The notes under the pieces are model-generated. The model ran no database searches. It saw nothing but the letters and a program-made list of their open reading frames with translations, and was not told where the DNA came from. The position numbers and the translations under genes are program-made. Shown in pieces: positions 46,201 to 59,590 of a stretch of DNA of 64,000 nucleotides. Numbering within the stretch: position 1 is the first letter of the stretch; each line of letters starts with the position of its first letter. The stretch comes from Ancylonema sp. (Eukaryota), in contig JBFLGF010000013.1 in NCBI GenBank assembly GCA_050230475.1, positions 1 through 64,000 on the forward strand. Direction: 5' to 3'.

Positions 46201-49200
46201 AGGAGGAGGTGGCGATGATGTGGGTGCGGAGCCACACCACGAGCCAGTCCGTCACCAAAGCACTCGACCATTGGCTCAGAGCACCTGTGAGCTCTCCCAC
46301 CCTGAAGGGGGCTCTCGCTACCCCCCCACAGATAGCTCTTTGTTCTAAAGGGTTGTGTTCCCCTCCCCCCCCTCCCCTTCCCTCTCCCGCTTTATTTGTT
46401 GGAGGTTCGCAGGGCACAGAGGTGGCCTATGAGGTGCCTCCTTCCCCTACTTCGCCTGTTGCTATCGTGCAGTTGCAGTATAGGGAGGGGAGGGCATTGC
46501 CCATGAGCTTTGTCACGGGCCTGTCCCCCCAAGTCATGAGATTGCTCATGGAGGTATTGGAGGAGGCGGTTACGTCAGAAACGGTTCTGGCAAACAATGC
46601 CATGGCTGAGACATACTGCCGTCTCCTTCTGGCCGCCCCGCACGTGCTCCACTACCACCAATCGCTGCACCGGACGACGCACACCTCGAACCCTAAACCG
46701 AAGGTGTTGCAGGAGAAGATCACGCACTTCGAGACCCGAGCCGCAGCGCCAGCTGGCAACGCCGTGGCCCTGTGTGTGCTCGAGCTGCTGAACTACCGCC
46801 TGCTGCCGCTGTTTCGTTACGAGGGAAAAGTGAGGGTCCTGTTGATGGATCTGGCGAAGATTCTGATCGTGGTGCGGATGCAAGCGGGGGAGCACTGCGT
46901 GTACCGCCTGGCAGAAAACGTGGCAGTCAACCTCATTTTCTCGCTCAAGGAGGTGGTGCTCATCAAACAGGTGTCGGATAAGGTGAGGTGGACAGCTGTC
47001 AAGGGAGGGAGGGACACCGCACACCACAGGAAGCTGACAGGTGGCGGGTGGTCACAACGGGGGCGTGTGCAGAGCGTGGGCACCGACTTCAGCGAAACGG
47101 TGAACCGCCTCCTCATCCTCAACCTGGCGGTGACCATAAAGACGCGGGGCATCGCTGACTACGACCAGCTGTGCATGCTGCCTGACACGCTGGACCAGAT
47201 ACTGTTGGGGTCGACGCACACATGGTCCGACAAAACGATGCGCCACTTCCCCCCCCTCATCCAACAGGCGCTGGCGGGGAGAGAGAGCGCCACCTCAGCG
47301 ACCACCGCCATGTGGCAGCAGGTGAGGCAGAGGCGACGCGAGGGAGCGGGCTCGGGGTCGGTGCTGACGTGGACAGTCGGTCGGTCGGTCGTGGGGGGGG
47401 GTGGGGGGTCAGGTGGAGGGTTTGATGACAGGTCAGATGACCACGGTGCTGACTAGACTGAGAGGGGCCCACGTGGGTGCCTACGTGGCGCAAGTGTCCA
47501 CGGAGCAGCGGCCGTTCCTACTGGCCGCCGCGTTTGCAGTGATCAACGGAAGCCAACAGGAGCTCGACCTCACCAACGCCCTCACTCTCTTCCAGGAGCT
47601 GAGTCCGCAGGAGGTGACCAAAAACATATACACCTTCGTCGACATCCTCCTGCACATCCTACAGGTACCCATACTCGTCTGTACACCCTACCCGACCGCC
47701 CCAACCGACCCACCCGACCGCTCCAACCCACCCATCCCCCCGCCCCCACCAGATCTCCCTCGGTAGCGGCATCTCCAGCTCCCCCCTCTTCCTTCGTGTC
47801 AGTGCCACCCTGAACCTCCTCATCTGGGAGAAGACAGTGCTGCCGCCCGACATCCTGGTGCTGGCTCTGCTGGATCGAGACGACAGCCCCTACGCCCTCC
47901 GCCTCCTGGTGGGTCTCCTCCTGGACCGCTCCCCCCTGCAGCATCTGGTGCAGGCCTACAGCCTCAGCAGGGGGCAGGCAGAGGCGTGGGCAGAGACAGA
48001 GCCTGTGGCGAAGCAGGGGCGACAGGCGGCGTTGGGGAACCACTTGGCTGGGCGAGAGGCGTGTCCCGTGCACTTCGACCACCTGGTGTTGCGCGCCCTC
48101 CCGCTGCTTTACCTGGTCACTCAGCGCATGATGGAGAACGGCGCGTTCGAGACGGCGAAGCGCCTCCTCACCACTTACTCCACAGAACCCCTCAGCCTCC
48201 TGCAGTACCACCCCACCCGCTTCGCAGTGGTGCGTGACATCCTGGCGTACTTCTACCCCATCATCCCCCCCCCCCTCACCTTCACCCGCAGCAGCACTCT
48301 GGACCTGTCCAAGTGCCCCTTCACGCGGCCCTTTTTGGAGAACCCGTGCGGAACAGACGGGCTGAGAGACACATCCTACTTTCATCAAATGCTCGCAACC
48401 ATAGCCACTCAAGTCCTACCTCCCCTGCACGCCACCTCCCCCTCCCCCTCCCCCTCCCCTGCCAAACCCTTTTACGAGATCCTGGACACGGGCACGTACC
48501 CCCACCTCCTCCTAGAGACCGCAGTCGCGGAGCTGCTGTGCCTGCCCCTGCCAGAGGGGTCTGACGATGGACTGCCTACGCAAGTGGTGAGGATGCTGCT
48601 GGAGGTGGCCACTGGGAGGGTGACAGGTGGCGAGCCAGGGGCCCCCATACCTCTCCTGGTCCAGGCTCTGGGTGTGCTTTTAGCGCAGTGCCCCCCCCCA
48701 TACCAGGCGGCCCTGTACCAAGAGGCGGCTCGAACCTTCCTGGACTGTGATTGGCTCACAGATCCGGGCAGGGGAGCAGAGGCGGCAGTGATGTTACAGC
48801 TGTCGCTCTCTGAGCCATCCACACAGATAGGTAGGTAGGGGCAGGGAGACAGGGAGGCGGCACCTGGCAGAGTGGCTGACCTGGATGGGTGATTGGGATT
48901 GAAGGCCAGGTGGCGGCAGTATGTCACGCCTTGCTGGCGGCCCTTCCGTTTGAGTGGCTGGAGGGATGTGCGACACTTGTCACTCTGCAGAGGCCTCTGA
49001 AGACAGTGGCGCATCTGAGGCTGACGTACCGACTGTTGGGTCCAATTCTGCCGAGAATGGCAATCAGTCGAACCCTTTTTGCCACGGTGAGGGGCGGCAG
49101 AAAGGGCGCGTAGAGAAATAATAAGGAGTGGTTTGGGCAAAACGGATTTCGGTTATTTGTGGTGTGAGGCCCACTTTTGACTTCTGTTTTGGGATGCTGA

Positions 49201-49913
49201 GTCAAGAACTGACAGGGGGGAGGGGGGAGGGGGGCGGGGGGGTTGACAGACTCTGTTGCTGTTGTTGGACGTACTTGTAGATGTGTTTGGAGAGAAGGAA
49301 GGAGGTGGGGAGGAGGTGGGAGCGAGGGCAGAGATAGGGGACATAGTGGACTTCATGTGAGTGTGGGGGGGGGCGGTGTTCGTCACTATCTATGTATATC
49401 AGTCATCAGTGAGGTCGGGAAAGAGAGTTGCGAAAGAACGTTTGAAAACCAGAAAGAAAATCAATATGTTAAAGAAAAGAGAAAAACAAAAACAAAAACA
49501 AAATGAAAACATGGAAAGAAAACGTGTACCTAAATTGAGATGCGGACTCCAAAAGGTATTCCAGGAAAACGGCCAACAACACAATAACACAAACCCTCGC
49601 AAGCTGAGTGGCACTCAGGATTGATCCATGTCTCACATATCTGACTCACACATCTGACATCATTCGTTGCAGCCACCATGCGGTGATGCTAGAAGGTGGT
49701 GTGGGCGGCCATCCTGGGAAACGCCCTCGCTCCGACACCCTTCACCTCTGTACACAAAAGCTGCGAGGGTTAAGGGCCGACCTTAGGCCGCTTTTTCGGC
49801 ACCTCACAACAAACCCTCAGTGCTCAATATATGCTGCCTCTCATCCAAAACTTGGGGGAAATAGTTTGGCACCCTCTGTGTCCATCTCTATATCCGGCTC
49901 CGTGTCTAAGTAG
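43281..49913 (+). CDS. MED23: Mediator subunit 23 (plant type)
   Basis: Motifs PPSDWWRKVL, WNEWLTFADIF, TNHITWLLTQV, LELLNYRLLPLFRYEGK, LAVTIKTRGIAD, HTWSDKTMRHFP, DILVLALLDRDD, LGNHLAGRE, LPFEWLEG and DIVDFIHHAV..HLTTNPQCSIYAASH. The last exon ends with TAG at 49913. The first exon and start (43281) are tentative. Confidence 0.9.
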
Positions 49914-51468
49914 GGATGAGTGAGTAGGCTTTGGCATGTTGGGATGGAAATAGTCGTTGGAGGTGCAAGAGGGTTGCAAAATGGTCGGAAAACTTGTCAG
50001 GAGTAGCTAGCTAGTTGAGAGATCTTCATGTGTAATGTTTGTTCTAACCAAGTCAGGAAGGGGAAAGATGGGATAGCCAGTTTCTCAAATACGAAGCCAG
50101 GTCTGATTCTGATTCGTTGGTTTTATTATGGCCTTGAGTTGAAGGCCATAAGTAGAGGACTGTGGTCTATTAGAGTTCTAAAAAGTTGTCGTAAAAGTGC
50201 ACGAGGTTTGGTGGCCACATTCTACATTATTGTAAATATTGGTTATTCTTTTCTTGGAAAAGTAGCAACACCACACATCCACACTCACTACTCACTTACA
50301 CATGTACACGCTATGAGTTCGCCGGTACGCCGAATATTCCCTTACCTCATACTTTACATACACATGTTATGGCTTTTGCGTATAGACACGACTTGATACG
50401 ACTCCAAAATTACGATATAACCCCGAAGTCAATGTATTTTTATAATGGTTAGTCACATGTGCTTAGTCATGTTTCACACACTCCGAACTTTGAACAACAC
50501 TGTTTCAAATCGCGTTCTTAACCCGACCCTAACAAAAAATCATTGTCATAGACATTGAGCGGCCCCTTTCGATACGGAAGTTTCATGTGTGGACGGATAG
50601 GTATGATGAATGTGATGCGACACAAGTCATGTAGCAATTCAGAGGCCGAACACACCCAAAAGGTATCTTTCAAGTTATCCGAAGTCGCCTCATTGAAGTT
50701 GCCTCACTCAGTGTCACTGAACTCGTTTTAAATGCCAAAGGTGATGATGTTGGCGTTGCACCTCTCGTCAACACCAGTTGTTCATTTCATAAGAGTAGTT
50801 TCCTGACGACTTCAACACTCGCTTTGGAAAACTGGACCATTGCGCACGAGTTTAAGAATGACTGAATGCAAACGTAACGTTAAATGGCCATTATGTAGTT
50901 GTTTATACTCGTGTTCTGTATTTGCCCCCCTGAAGTGATATGCGAAGTACAACGTGTTTCAAATCTAGTGTTGTGTGTATCCGCGACCCCTACATATGCG
51001 CTCATACACTCATCTCATTCCATAACCTTAATTGCGTTCCAACCCTCAACCTTCTTAGTCTCAAAGATGTGATATGTTAGAGCCAACACAAGCTGGTTGC
51101 ATTGCGATGAAATTTCCAAAAAAGGAGAAAGTGTTTTTGTGGATGCCATTGAGCTTCTTGTTATGCCATCGGTCTGCAAGTGAGCTGTATCACTTGGCAC
51201 CATAACAAAGGCGTTAAAATGGACATTTATTATAAAGTGTGATGTGTTTATTAAAGCATCCATACTTGGTCTATGTTTATGAACTGCTCGCTGACACAAT
51301 GAGTCACAAATTAAGACTACCTTCATCGTCCATCACTCATGCTCTCAAAGGCCTGCTCACTCATATTTCCATTACTTCCCTTGTTACTTCACTTGTCCTA
51401 TATACTCAACCCTCTCGACCAAACAGAGGGATCTCAAGTCCCTGCACGGTTTCCCCCTATCAGTTGTT

Positions 51469-54400
51469 TCAAACCATTTTCTCGAGCTTCGCTTGGTCCC
51501 GTTGGTTGAAGTACTCGATGGCTGTGTTCACATCCTTATCTCCCCGTCCGCTGCAATTCAGAACCACATTCGTGCCATCCTCCAGCTGCGGACACAACTT
51601 CTCTAAAAATGCGAACGCGTGCGAAGTCTCGAGCGCCGGGATGATCCCCTCCAGCTTAGACACCCGCTCAAAAGCTGAACCCAAAACCCGACACACAGGC
51701 CCACTCAAAAATCACTTTGTGAACGAAGGGGAATAGGGTACGAAAGTGACGTGTATGATCTTTTAAGGTCTGCAAGTACCCTATGCTTATGTAAGGTGAT
51801 GCAGATCGTATAGCATGTGCCTCGACACGTGAGGAACTGCCCATAAACATACATCCGTAGCCATTGATCCTCTCCAAAAAACCCGAAATCCACTCACTGG
51901 GGGGCAAAAAAACAATTCCATTCCGATTGGCAGCCCCAGACCCAATGACAATCATCAACCCGCCTCCCCCCCCTCCTCACCATCCAGCGCTTCATCATCT
52001 GTTACACTGAAGTACTCTGCTCTGCCGCAGTCCTTGAGAAAGCTGTGCTCCGGTCCCACCCCAGGATAGTCCAGTCTGGACACCACATACCCATCCCACC
52101 CCACCTCTCAGACCATCCACTCCCCATCCCACCCCATCCCAACACGAGCTCCATCCACACCAGCATACTGTGTGCCCTGTAAGAGGTCTACAACGGTTAC
52201 AAGACACTGCCTCGTACTGCCCCTGTGCTACCCCTCCTCTTATTCACATCAGCTTTTCCACCCTTGTATTCCCTCCCCCCCTCCACCCCCGCCTCCCCCC
52301 CCCCTTCATGCCCCTTTGTCTCTTTAGCACCTGACGCACATTCACTCACCCAGCACTGACGGAATGTGGGTCGATGACCTGCCCGTCCTTGTCTTGCAGC
52401 AGGTAGCTCATGGCCCCGTGCAGCACCCCCACCTCCCCCATTGTCAACGTGGCCGCGTGCTTATCCGTTCCCGTCCCAAACCCAGCCGCCTCCACCCCAA
52501 TCATCCGCACCTCCTCATCGTCCACAAACTCATGGAACAGCCCCATGGCGTTGCTGCCCCCCCCCACACACGCCACCAGGATATCCGGCTTCCGCCCAAA
52601 CTTCTCCATGGCCTGCCTCCGCGTCTCCTTTCCGATAACCGCGTGGAAGTCGCGCACCATCATGGGGTATGGGTGTGGCCCCGCGACTGACCCCAAAATA
52701 TAATGCGTGCTCTCTACGTTGGTCACCCAGTCGCGGATGGCCTCTGATGTGGCGTCCTTCAGTGTGGCAGTTCCAGAGTGAACCGGTCGTACCTGACACG
52801 AAATCGTGCACTGTCACTCCACACCCTTCATTCTTACCCCCTTACTCGCACCCCCCCCCCCCTCTCAAACCTCTACCACCACTCCTAAACTTCTCAATCC
52901 TTCCCTTCAAACCATTCACTCCACATCTAGAACCAGCAGACTCACATTTCTAAGTCTGGATCGACATTCCTCACGAGCATTTCTTTAGAATTGTTTATTC
53001 TGTCTACTTGACTCCACACCCTGAACCCTGAACCCTGAACCCTGAACCCTGAACCCTGAACCCTGGATCCATGACCCCTCACCCATCATCTTCTCTCTCC
53101 CTCTTCACCCTCACCTCTGCTCCCAGCAGACGCATCCTGAAGACGTTGAGGGACTGTCTCTCCATGTCCCTCGCTCCCATGTAGATCACGCACTCCAGCC
53201 CAAAGCGCGCACAAACGGTAGCTGTGGCCACCCCATGCTGCCCCGCGCCAGTCTCGGCAATGATGCGCTTTTTGCCGATCCTTTTTGCCAGAAGGGCTTG
53301 TGCCACGGCGTTGTTGATCTTGTGAGCGCCCGTGTGGTTCAAGTCCTCCCTCTTGAGGTAGATGTTTGGTCCCGTGCCGTCTGGTTTTGCGTAGTGAGCA
53401 GTGAGTCGCTCTGCAAAGTAGAGGGGAGTCTCTCGGCCGACGTAGTCCTTCAGAATGCCGTTCAGCTCTTCCTGTGAGGACCAATGAGGGAGCAGGAGGA
53501 GAGAAAGAAGCGGATTGGGTACACCAAAGTGGTTTGTACACACGGACACACGGATGGTCGTCGTCTCCATGGCTCTCATGTTGGCGATTTTGGACAGAGT
53601 TGCGAGAAGGGTCAGTCTCGATTGCGTTGAGGAAGAGGCGGATCAGTGCGGACACATCTGATGACAGAAACGCAACCGTGCGGCATGCACGAATTCATCT
53701 GCCTCACGTCATTGCACCACTTTTATTTCTATTCCCCGAAGAACACTTGCATCCCTGCCTCCTTTTGACCGTCCCAAGTATTAGACGTGGAGTGAGGCTA
53801 AAAGTTGAGCCTGGGCTGTGTCCCCATGTGTTCCTCACTCACTCCACCCTTCCTGCCCGCCGCAGTGTACTGACATTCCTACTGACCTGAAAGAGGGGGT
53901 CGGCAACCACCTCCCGATACGTCTCCTCTAACTTGGTAAGGGCAGCCATGAGCGTTTCCGGCACATACTTCCCTCCGAAGATGCCGTACCGCCCGAACGA
54001 ATCTGGGCGTTCGTAGTCAGCAACCTGACGCGAGATGAAGGGAGATGAAGGGAGATGAAGGGACGACCAGAAGATGATTCCCATACATCACATCAGAAAC
54101 AGGAGTGGTAAATAACGGATGAAAGGGTAGGAATTGCTGGCTTCTGAGGACATCGCAGAGAGAGGTATAGAGATTGGATTGACATTGACATTGAAACTGG
54201 ACCGTCTCTGCTTGAGCCTCAGACGGAATCGCAGCACACCATCTCCAGTTTCGACCAGCTGTCACTGCCATTCTAGTGAGCAGATGCTGATGAGGTTGAA
54301 GTACACCACTGCATGGTGGTCGCAGATTGCACTTTCTGACAGCAAGTTCTTGCAGGAGTGTCATGTAAGCATGAATTCTCTGCAGGATTAAACAAATTGA

Positions 54401-54673
54401 ACTGCAACACACTATCTTCACCACTTATTGTATCTAGTCATCATGCAGGTCTGTACCCTGGCATCTAGACGAGGAGAGGTCTCCATCCATCCGTGCCTTC
54501 AGACTTCCAGATTGATAAGGCACACGATCACTAGATACAGGGCCAAAATTTTCGGGTGGCCTCGACTTGAAGCACACACCACGAGCAGAACTTCGTCATA
54601 AGCTTACTGTAGACTTGCGGGCAACATTTGACTCCCGGGCAATATCTAGGACTGCGTTACTCGCCGTCTTCAT
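51469..54673 (-). CDS. TSB: Tryptophan synthase beta chain (type 1), with putative transit peptide
   Basis: Core exons 54024-53887, 53471-53115, 52792-52350, 52075-51981, 51674-51469. Motifs [26 protein letters not shown] (PLP Lys), [31 protein letters not shown] and NCSGRGDKD. The upstream exons (~54380-54203, 54673-54608) are tentative. Confidence 0.95.
53018..53064. repeat. (CCCTGAA)x6 telomere-variant heptamer in a TSB intron
   Basis: Read directly from the sequence. Confidence 0.9.
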
Positions 54674-56435
54674 TACTTCCTTCGTCGCCGTGCTCACTGC
54701 AGCCATGACTTAGACAGCTGAGTCACAAAAAGGTGTGCGCAAATCGTGATATTTTCGCGACAACATATGCCGCACCACGTGTTGTGATTATCAGTATTCA
54801 CGTAGCTCCATGTATGTTGAACCATCGCAGAAAAGACCACGTAAAGGCAGATATGATGCATTTCATTGAGTAAGCCAAAGTGTGCCCCTCTAATACATAA
54901 CATACAATGGAAATTTATCCATATTGACCCTGGACACTAGAGAAAGAATGGAGAAAGAGGGACCTGCTCCGTAGTCCGTGCAATGAATAAATATCATATT
55001 ATTTCATCTGGTGTGTTTCCGTCATTAAGATTCCCTGATCCCATCTGTAAGTAAAGAGCCAAGGTTAAGAACAGATATGGTCTTCTTACCTCCCTGNAGA
55101 AAAGGTACAGTCTGGACTTGCTATATCGAATCGAACTAGTCGCTGTAAAGCGAAACGAAGCGATATGCTACCGAGATACGTGATACTCATACGTGGCATT
55201 ACTACACTCAATAACTGTGAGTATTAGAGCATAATAACTGTGTGAATAACTCATTCATATCGCCACCGAGACGTATAATGCGCTGTTGTCTCAAACATAT
55301 GAATTCCTCAGCGACAGCGCTCGGCGAGTATTTTCCGAGCATGGCGGATCATCCCCCTCCACTAGCGTCCTCCTCACTTGGTTTCGGCAGGGTGTTGCGG
55401 TCACACTTCAGCGTGCGCAAGCTCGAGCGATTCATGTGCGTACAGCTCGTCTTGCGGGGTCTTGATCTTCGCTATCTACACTCCCCTCTCGCGCGATTAT
55501 CTCAGCTGAGGATCTCATGGCGATTGCGGGATCTTCTTAGACTTTGGTGCGCTCGTTATTTGTTTGGTAGAGAGTTTTATGGTATGGTTCTAAACGCGCG
55601 TGATATAATATCACGCGTATTTTTATTTATATAATATTTATATAATTATTTGGTTTGTTGGCATAAGTTCACTTGCATCGAATACTTTTTCGTTGTGAGA
55701 GGATATAGTGATAGTGATCTGTGTGGCTCCCATGTTTTTGCCCCTCTTCTGGCAATTTTCACCAACTGCATCATCTTGCATCGTGCGCCCCAACTGGCGC
55801 ACCTATATGTAGATACGCCATCCGTTGGCGCAAATAACCGAAGCAGGATATTCCCACGTGGCAGACACCTAGGAATCCGCTCGTCGTGCAGAGCTGGCCA
55901 AAATCTCTCGTTACCGGAATCCGCGCATGCTCGACCAAGGTGCCGCATAAACTGTCCAGGAGCTTAGCAAGTAGACATATCTCAGTCAGAGTGAGGACCT
56001 CGTGCACTTGCGCCGGTGACGACCGCGTGGCACACTCTTGGAAAGCGATGCATTTACCCCTGTACGATGTCCGCGCAATTGTCGCTCTCGCCCGGTTTTT
56101 GCTCCCAGTACGTTCTGGACTTTGCTGTTCCATGCGCCGCTCCCTATCTTTCCTCACCACTCCTACCTGGACAAGGGCAGCTGGAATGCTCCGTCTATTG
56201 ACACGCTGCCTCCTCTTTCGCATGTGTCCTCTTCTGGCTGCAGGAGAGGGACAAGGGAACATACTCGTGGCAAGAGTCAAGGATTCACACGAGCTTCGGA
56301 TCCGTCCAACCGACACAGTACGAAACAGTTACCCGCAGACCGGTCCTTACTTTCTGGACCAGGCTTGCCCGTTCCCTTTCCACGTCCGACAAATCCGGAA
56401 TCCAACCATGTCCACCGTGGAATTGCCACGTTGCG

Positions 56436-57294
56436 ATGAGTGCGAACGCGTGGGCCGGCAGCCAAATCCGGGAAGGAGTGGACAACGGCACCCTTTTCCC
56501 CAATCCGGAAACTGCCCCACGCCAATGTCAGGTCGGCACATTTGTTAGTAACCTCATGCATACATTTTCCAAGTGCACACACCCCGTGGGCTATGCGTTA
56601 CCATATCAATCCCCCACATTTGTCACTAATCTCATGCATAAATTTCCGAGATGCTATGCGTTGCCATATCAATCCCCATTTCATTACATCCAAAACTCAC
56701 ACCTATCACATCCCCCACTCCCCAACCTCCCCTACATCGCAGGCCCCATCCCAGCCATCCCTGAAGCATGCCAGCCGCCCCAGTCTTCCTGTAGACAAGT
56801 TGGCATGCCCACTTGGGTCCCAAACACGTCAGCAGGTGGTGCTGGTGGCGCCGGGGAGCTTCAACCCCCCCACCCACATGCACCTCCGAATGATGGGTAC
56901 CCAATCTACCTGCCGCGTTTCTGCCGTTCCGTTTCTTTTTGCCTCATCGACAGTACCGGAATGGCCCTTGGTGCATGGTGACCGACATCCATCCACACAT
57001 ATCCCATTCACTGAATACGAGAGTGTATGCATGTTTCGCGTGTGTGTGTATATATATATACATATATATATGTATATATATATATATGTATATATATACA
57101 TATATATATGTATATATATATATGTATATATATACATATATATATATATATGTATATATGTATATATATATATGTACATATATATATATGTATATATATA
57201 CATATATATATATATACATATATATATGTATATATATATGTATATATATACATATATATATATATATGTATATATATACATATATATATATATG

Positions 57295-57357
<63 letters not shown>

Positions 57358-58235
57358 CCTCACAGTCCAGTGTACATGCATCTGGGTGAAGCCATGCCTG
57401 GATTCCGGTTCTCACACATGGGCCCCACACGGGTATCTGGTTCAGAATTGGCGCGGGAAGCATTGACGGATCACGGGTATGCCGTGTTGGGCGGTTACCT
57501 GTCCCCTGTCAACGATGCATATGGCAAGAAGGTACAGGGGGGTGGGTCCCACCACCCCAGTCCCTGCAGAGAGACCAGGGTTGATGCGGTTCATACTCCA
57601 TGATTTCAGGACTAGAGTGGCACTGGGATTTGCCCTTTTGCCCTTTTGCCCTTTTGCCCTTTTGTTGTTTAATCGGTCGGCCCTTCTCAGGCCCCCATTT
57701 CGTTTCTCTGTCAGGGATTGGCTGCTGCAGATCACCGAATCGCCATGTGCCACCTGGCGGTCCGTGACTCGCCCTTCCTCATGGTGGACACCTGGGAGGT
57801 GCACACAACAGCCTCCCCCGCCGCAGCTCACACCGAGGCACCCACAAATGCTTCAAGGTCTTTAAACCCTCTGAGTCTGGCGGTGCAGGCCAGTCAGCCC
57901 GCCTACCAGCGCACCCTCACTGTGGTCAGGAGAGTGGAGGAGGAGGTGAACGCGGCCCTCCAAGCTCCGGGGACAGGTGGGGTTGAGCGAGGGGGGGAGG
58001 GGGGGTAGAGGGGGGAAGGGTAGCTGACGTCATCGTAATCGTCCGTCGAGTTATGCAGAGCGCGTGCGGGTTGTGTTGGTATGCGGGGCGGATGTGCTCC
58101 ACTCATTTGCGATGCCAGGTGTCTGGATCCCGGAACAGGTGACAAGAGGTTGAACTTGTACATACATGCATATGTATGTATGTATTTGGATGTGTGTATA
58201 CAGATATACATATATCTATATGTATATACACATAT

Positions 58236-58313
<78 letters not shown>

Positions 58314-59590
58314 CCATCTATAGATATACATACATATACATACATATACAAATATATATATATACATATATACACATACATATGTATATATATATATATA
58401 TATATGTATATACAAATATATGCATATATATATATATATATACATATGTAAATACGCTCTACTTCTACCTCTCATCTGATGGCCTGAAAATGAATATGAA
58501 GCCACAGGAAAAGTAAGAAAAGAAGTTAGTGGGATGATGATGTGCATTGTGTGCAGACTTGCACACGGCTTTGTCCTGAGTGAGGGCCCAGTCCGGATTG
58601 CAGGTAGAGGAGTTGGTGAGAGAGTTCGGGGTTGTGTGCGTATCGAGAAACGGAAGCAACAGTCGGCTGACAGTGAATAGCGACGACTTGCTCTTCAAGC
58701 ATCGGGCAAGTGGTGGCGGGAATGCGGCACGTGACTGTATCGTACTGCCCAGAGATAGAGATGCAGAGGGAAAAAACGGATATCGTGTTTTTACGTCCCA
58801 GCCTATGTTCCAAGTTGTATTGTTCCAAACCATATCTCAATCGATAAGGAGGTGGGTGTTATATATTTGGTGTGGCCTGATCGATGCGGAAAAAAAACGA
58901 TTGATTGATTGATCCGATCCATCCTTTTGGGAATTATTTACGGATTTTTTTTCCCTTGGCGGTACAGTCATGTGTATCTTCTTGTCTCTTTATGACGTGC
59001 ATTTGACTTTTGGTGGTGTGGTGTTGACTCGTTCAGAAGAGCATCGAGGTGGTGGACGAGTGGGTAGCAAACGACATCAGCTCCTCCAAGTTGAGGTGAT
59101 GGGAGGGGATCACGCTGTGGGTGCAAGGCAGGGATACTCAAATCACATCCTGGTCTTTATTCCTCCATTCCTCTATTTCTTTATTTCTTTATTCCTCTAT
59201 TCCTCTATTCCTTTATTTCTTTAATTTTTTATTTCTTTATTCCTCAATTCCTCTATTCCTCTATTCCTTTATTCCTCTATTTCTTTGTTTCTTTATTTGG
59301 TATCGCGCTATGAGCTATTGAGTTGCACGTGTGATACACACATATCCTTTCACTCGGTCAACAATGTTAACAATGTTAACAATGTTAACAATGTCAACAA
59401 TGTGAATGACATTGTTGACAATGAATCCATGACGACTCTATCCTAAGGTCAGATTTGTTACGTGTTGTTTGTTGTGTGTTGTGGTTGGGCTGGGTGGTAC
59501 AGGCAAATGGTGAGAAGAGGACGGTCCATCCTTTACCTCACTCCCTTGGAGGTGGTTCGGTATATAGAAGAAAACAAGTTGTACAAATGA
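56436..59590 (+). CDS. NMNAT: Nicotinamide/nicotinate mononucleotide adenylyltransferase
   Basis: Exons 56743-56896, 57446-57531, 57715-57798, 57889-57976, 58059-58138, 58604-58705, 59037-59095, 59503-59590. Motifs [54 protein letters not shown] and YIEENKLY. The first exon (56436-56531) is tentative. Confidence 0.93.
57040..58450. repeat. Compound (TA)n microsatellites in NMNAT introns (~57040-57356 and ~58160-58450), plus (TTTTGCCC)x4 at ~57628-57664
   Basis: Read directly from the sequence. Confidence 0.95.
59155..59422. repeat. Degenerate octamer (TATTCCTY)n and nonamer (AACAATGTT)n arrays in the last NMNAT intron
   Basis: Read directly from the sequence. Confidence 0.85.

Noticed and set aside
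44997..47456. 819-aa ORF as a single-exon gene
   Set aside because: It begins out of the MED23 frame and reads through introns; it is part of the spliced MED23 gene.
50600..50810. RTGATGA...CTGA pairs as C/D snoRNA candidates
   Set aside because: No terminal stem or recognisable rRNA guide; such motifs are expected by chance.
55771..56548. Long overlapping ORFs upstream of NMNAT
   Set aside because: No family motifs. They are likely 5' UTR or an unresolved N-terminal extension and cannot be called as separate genes.
56829..58547. YI-repeat ORFs
   Set aside because: Translations of (TA)n tracts.
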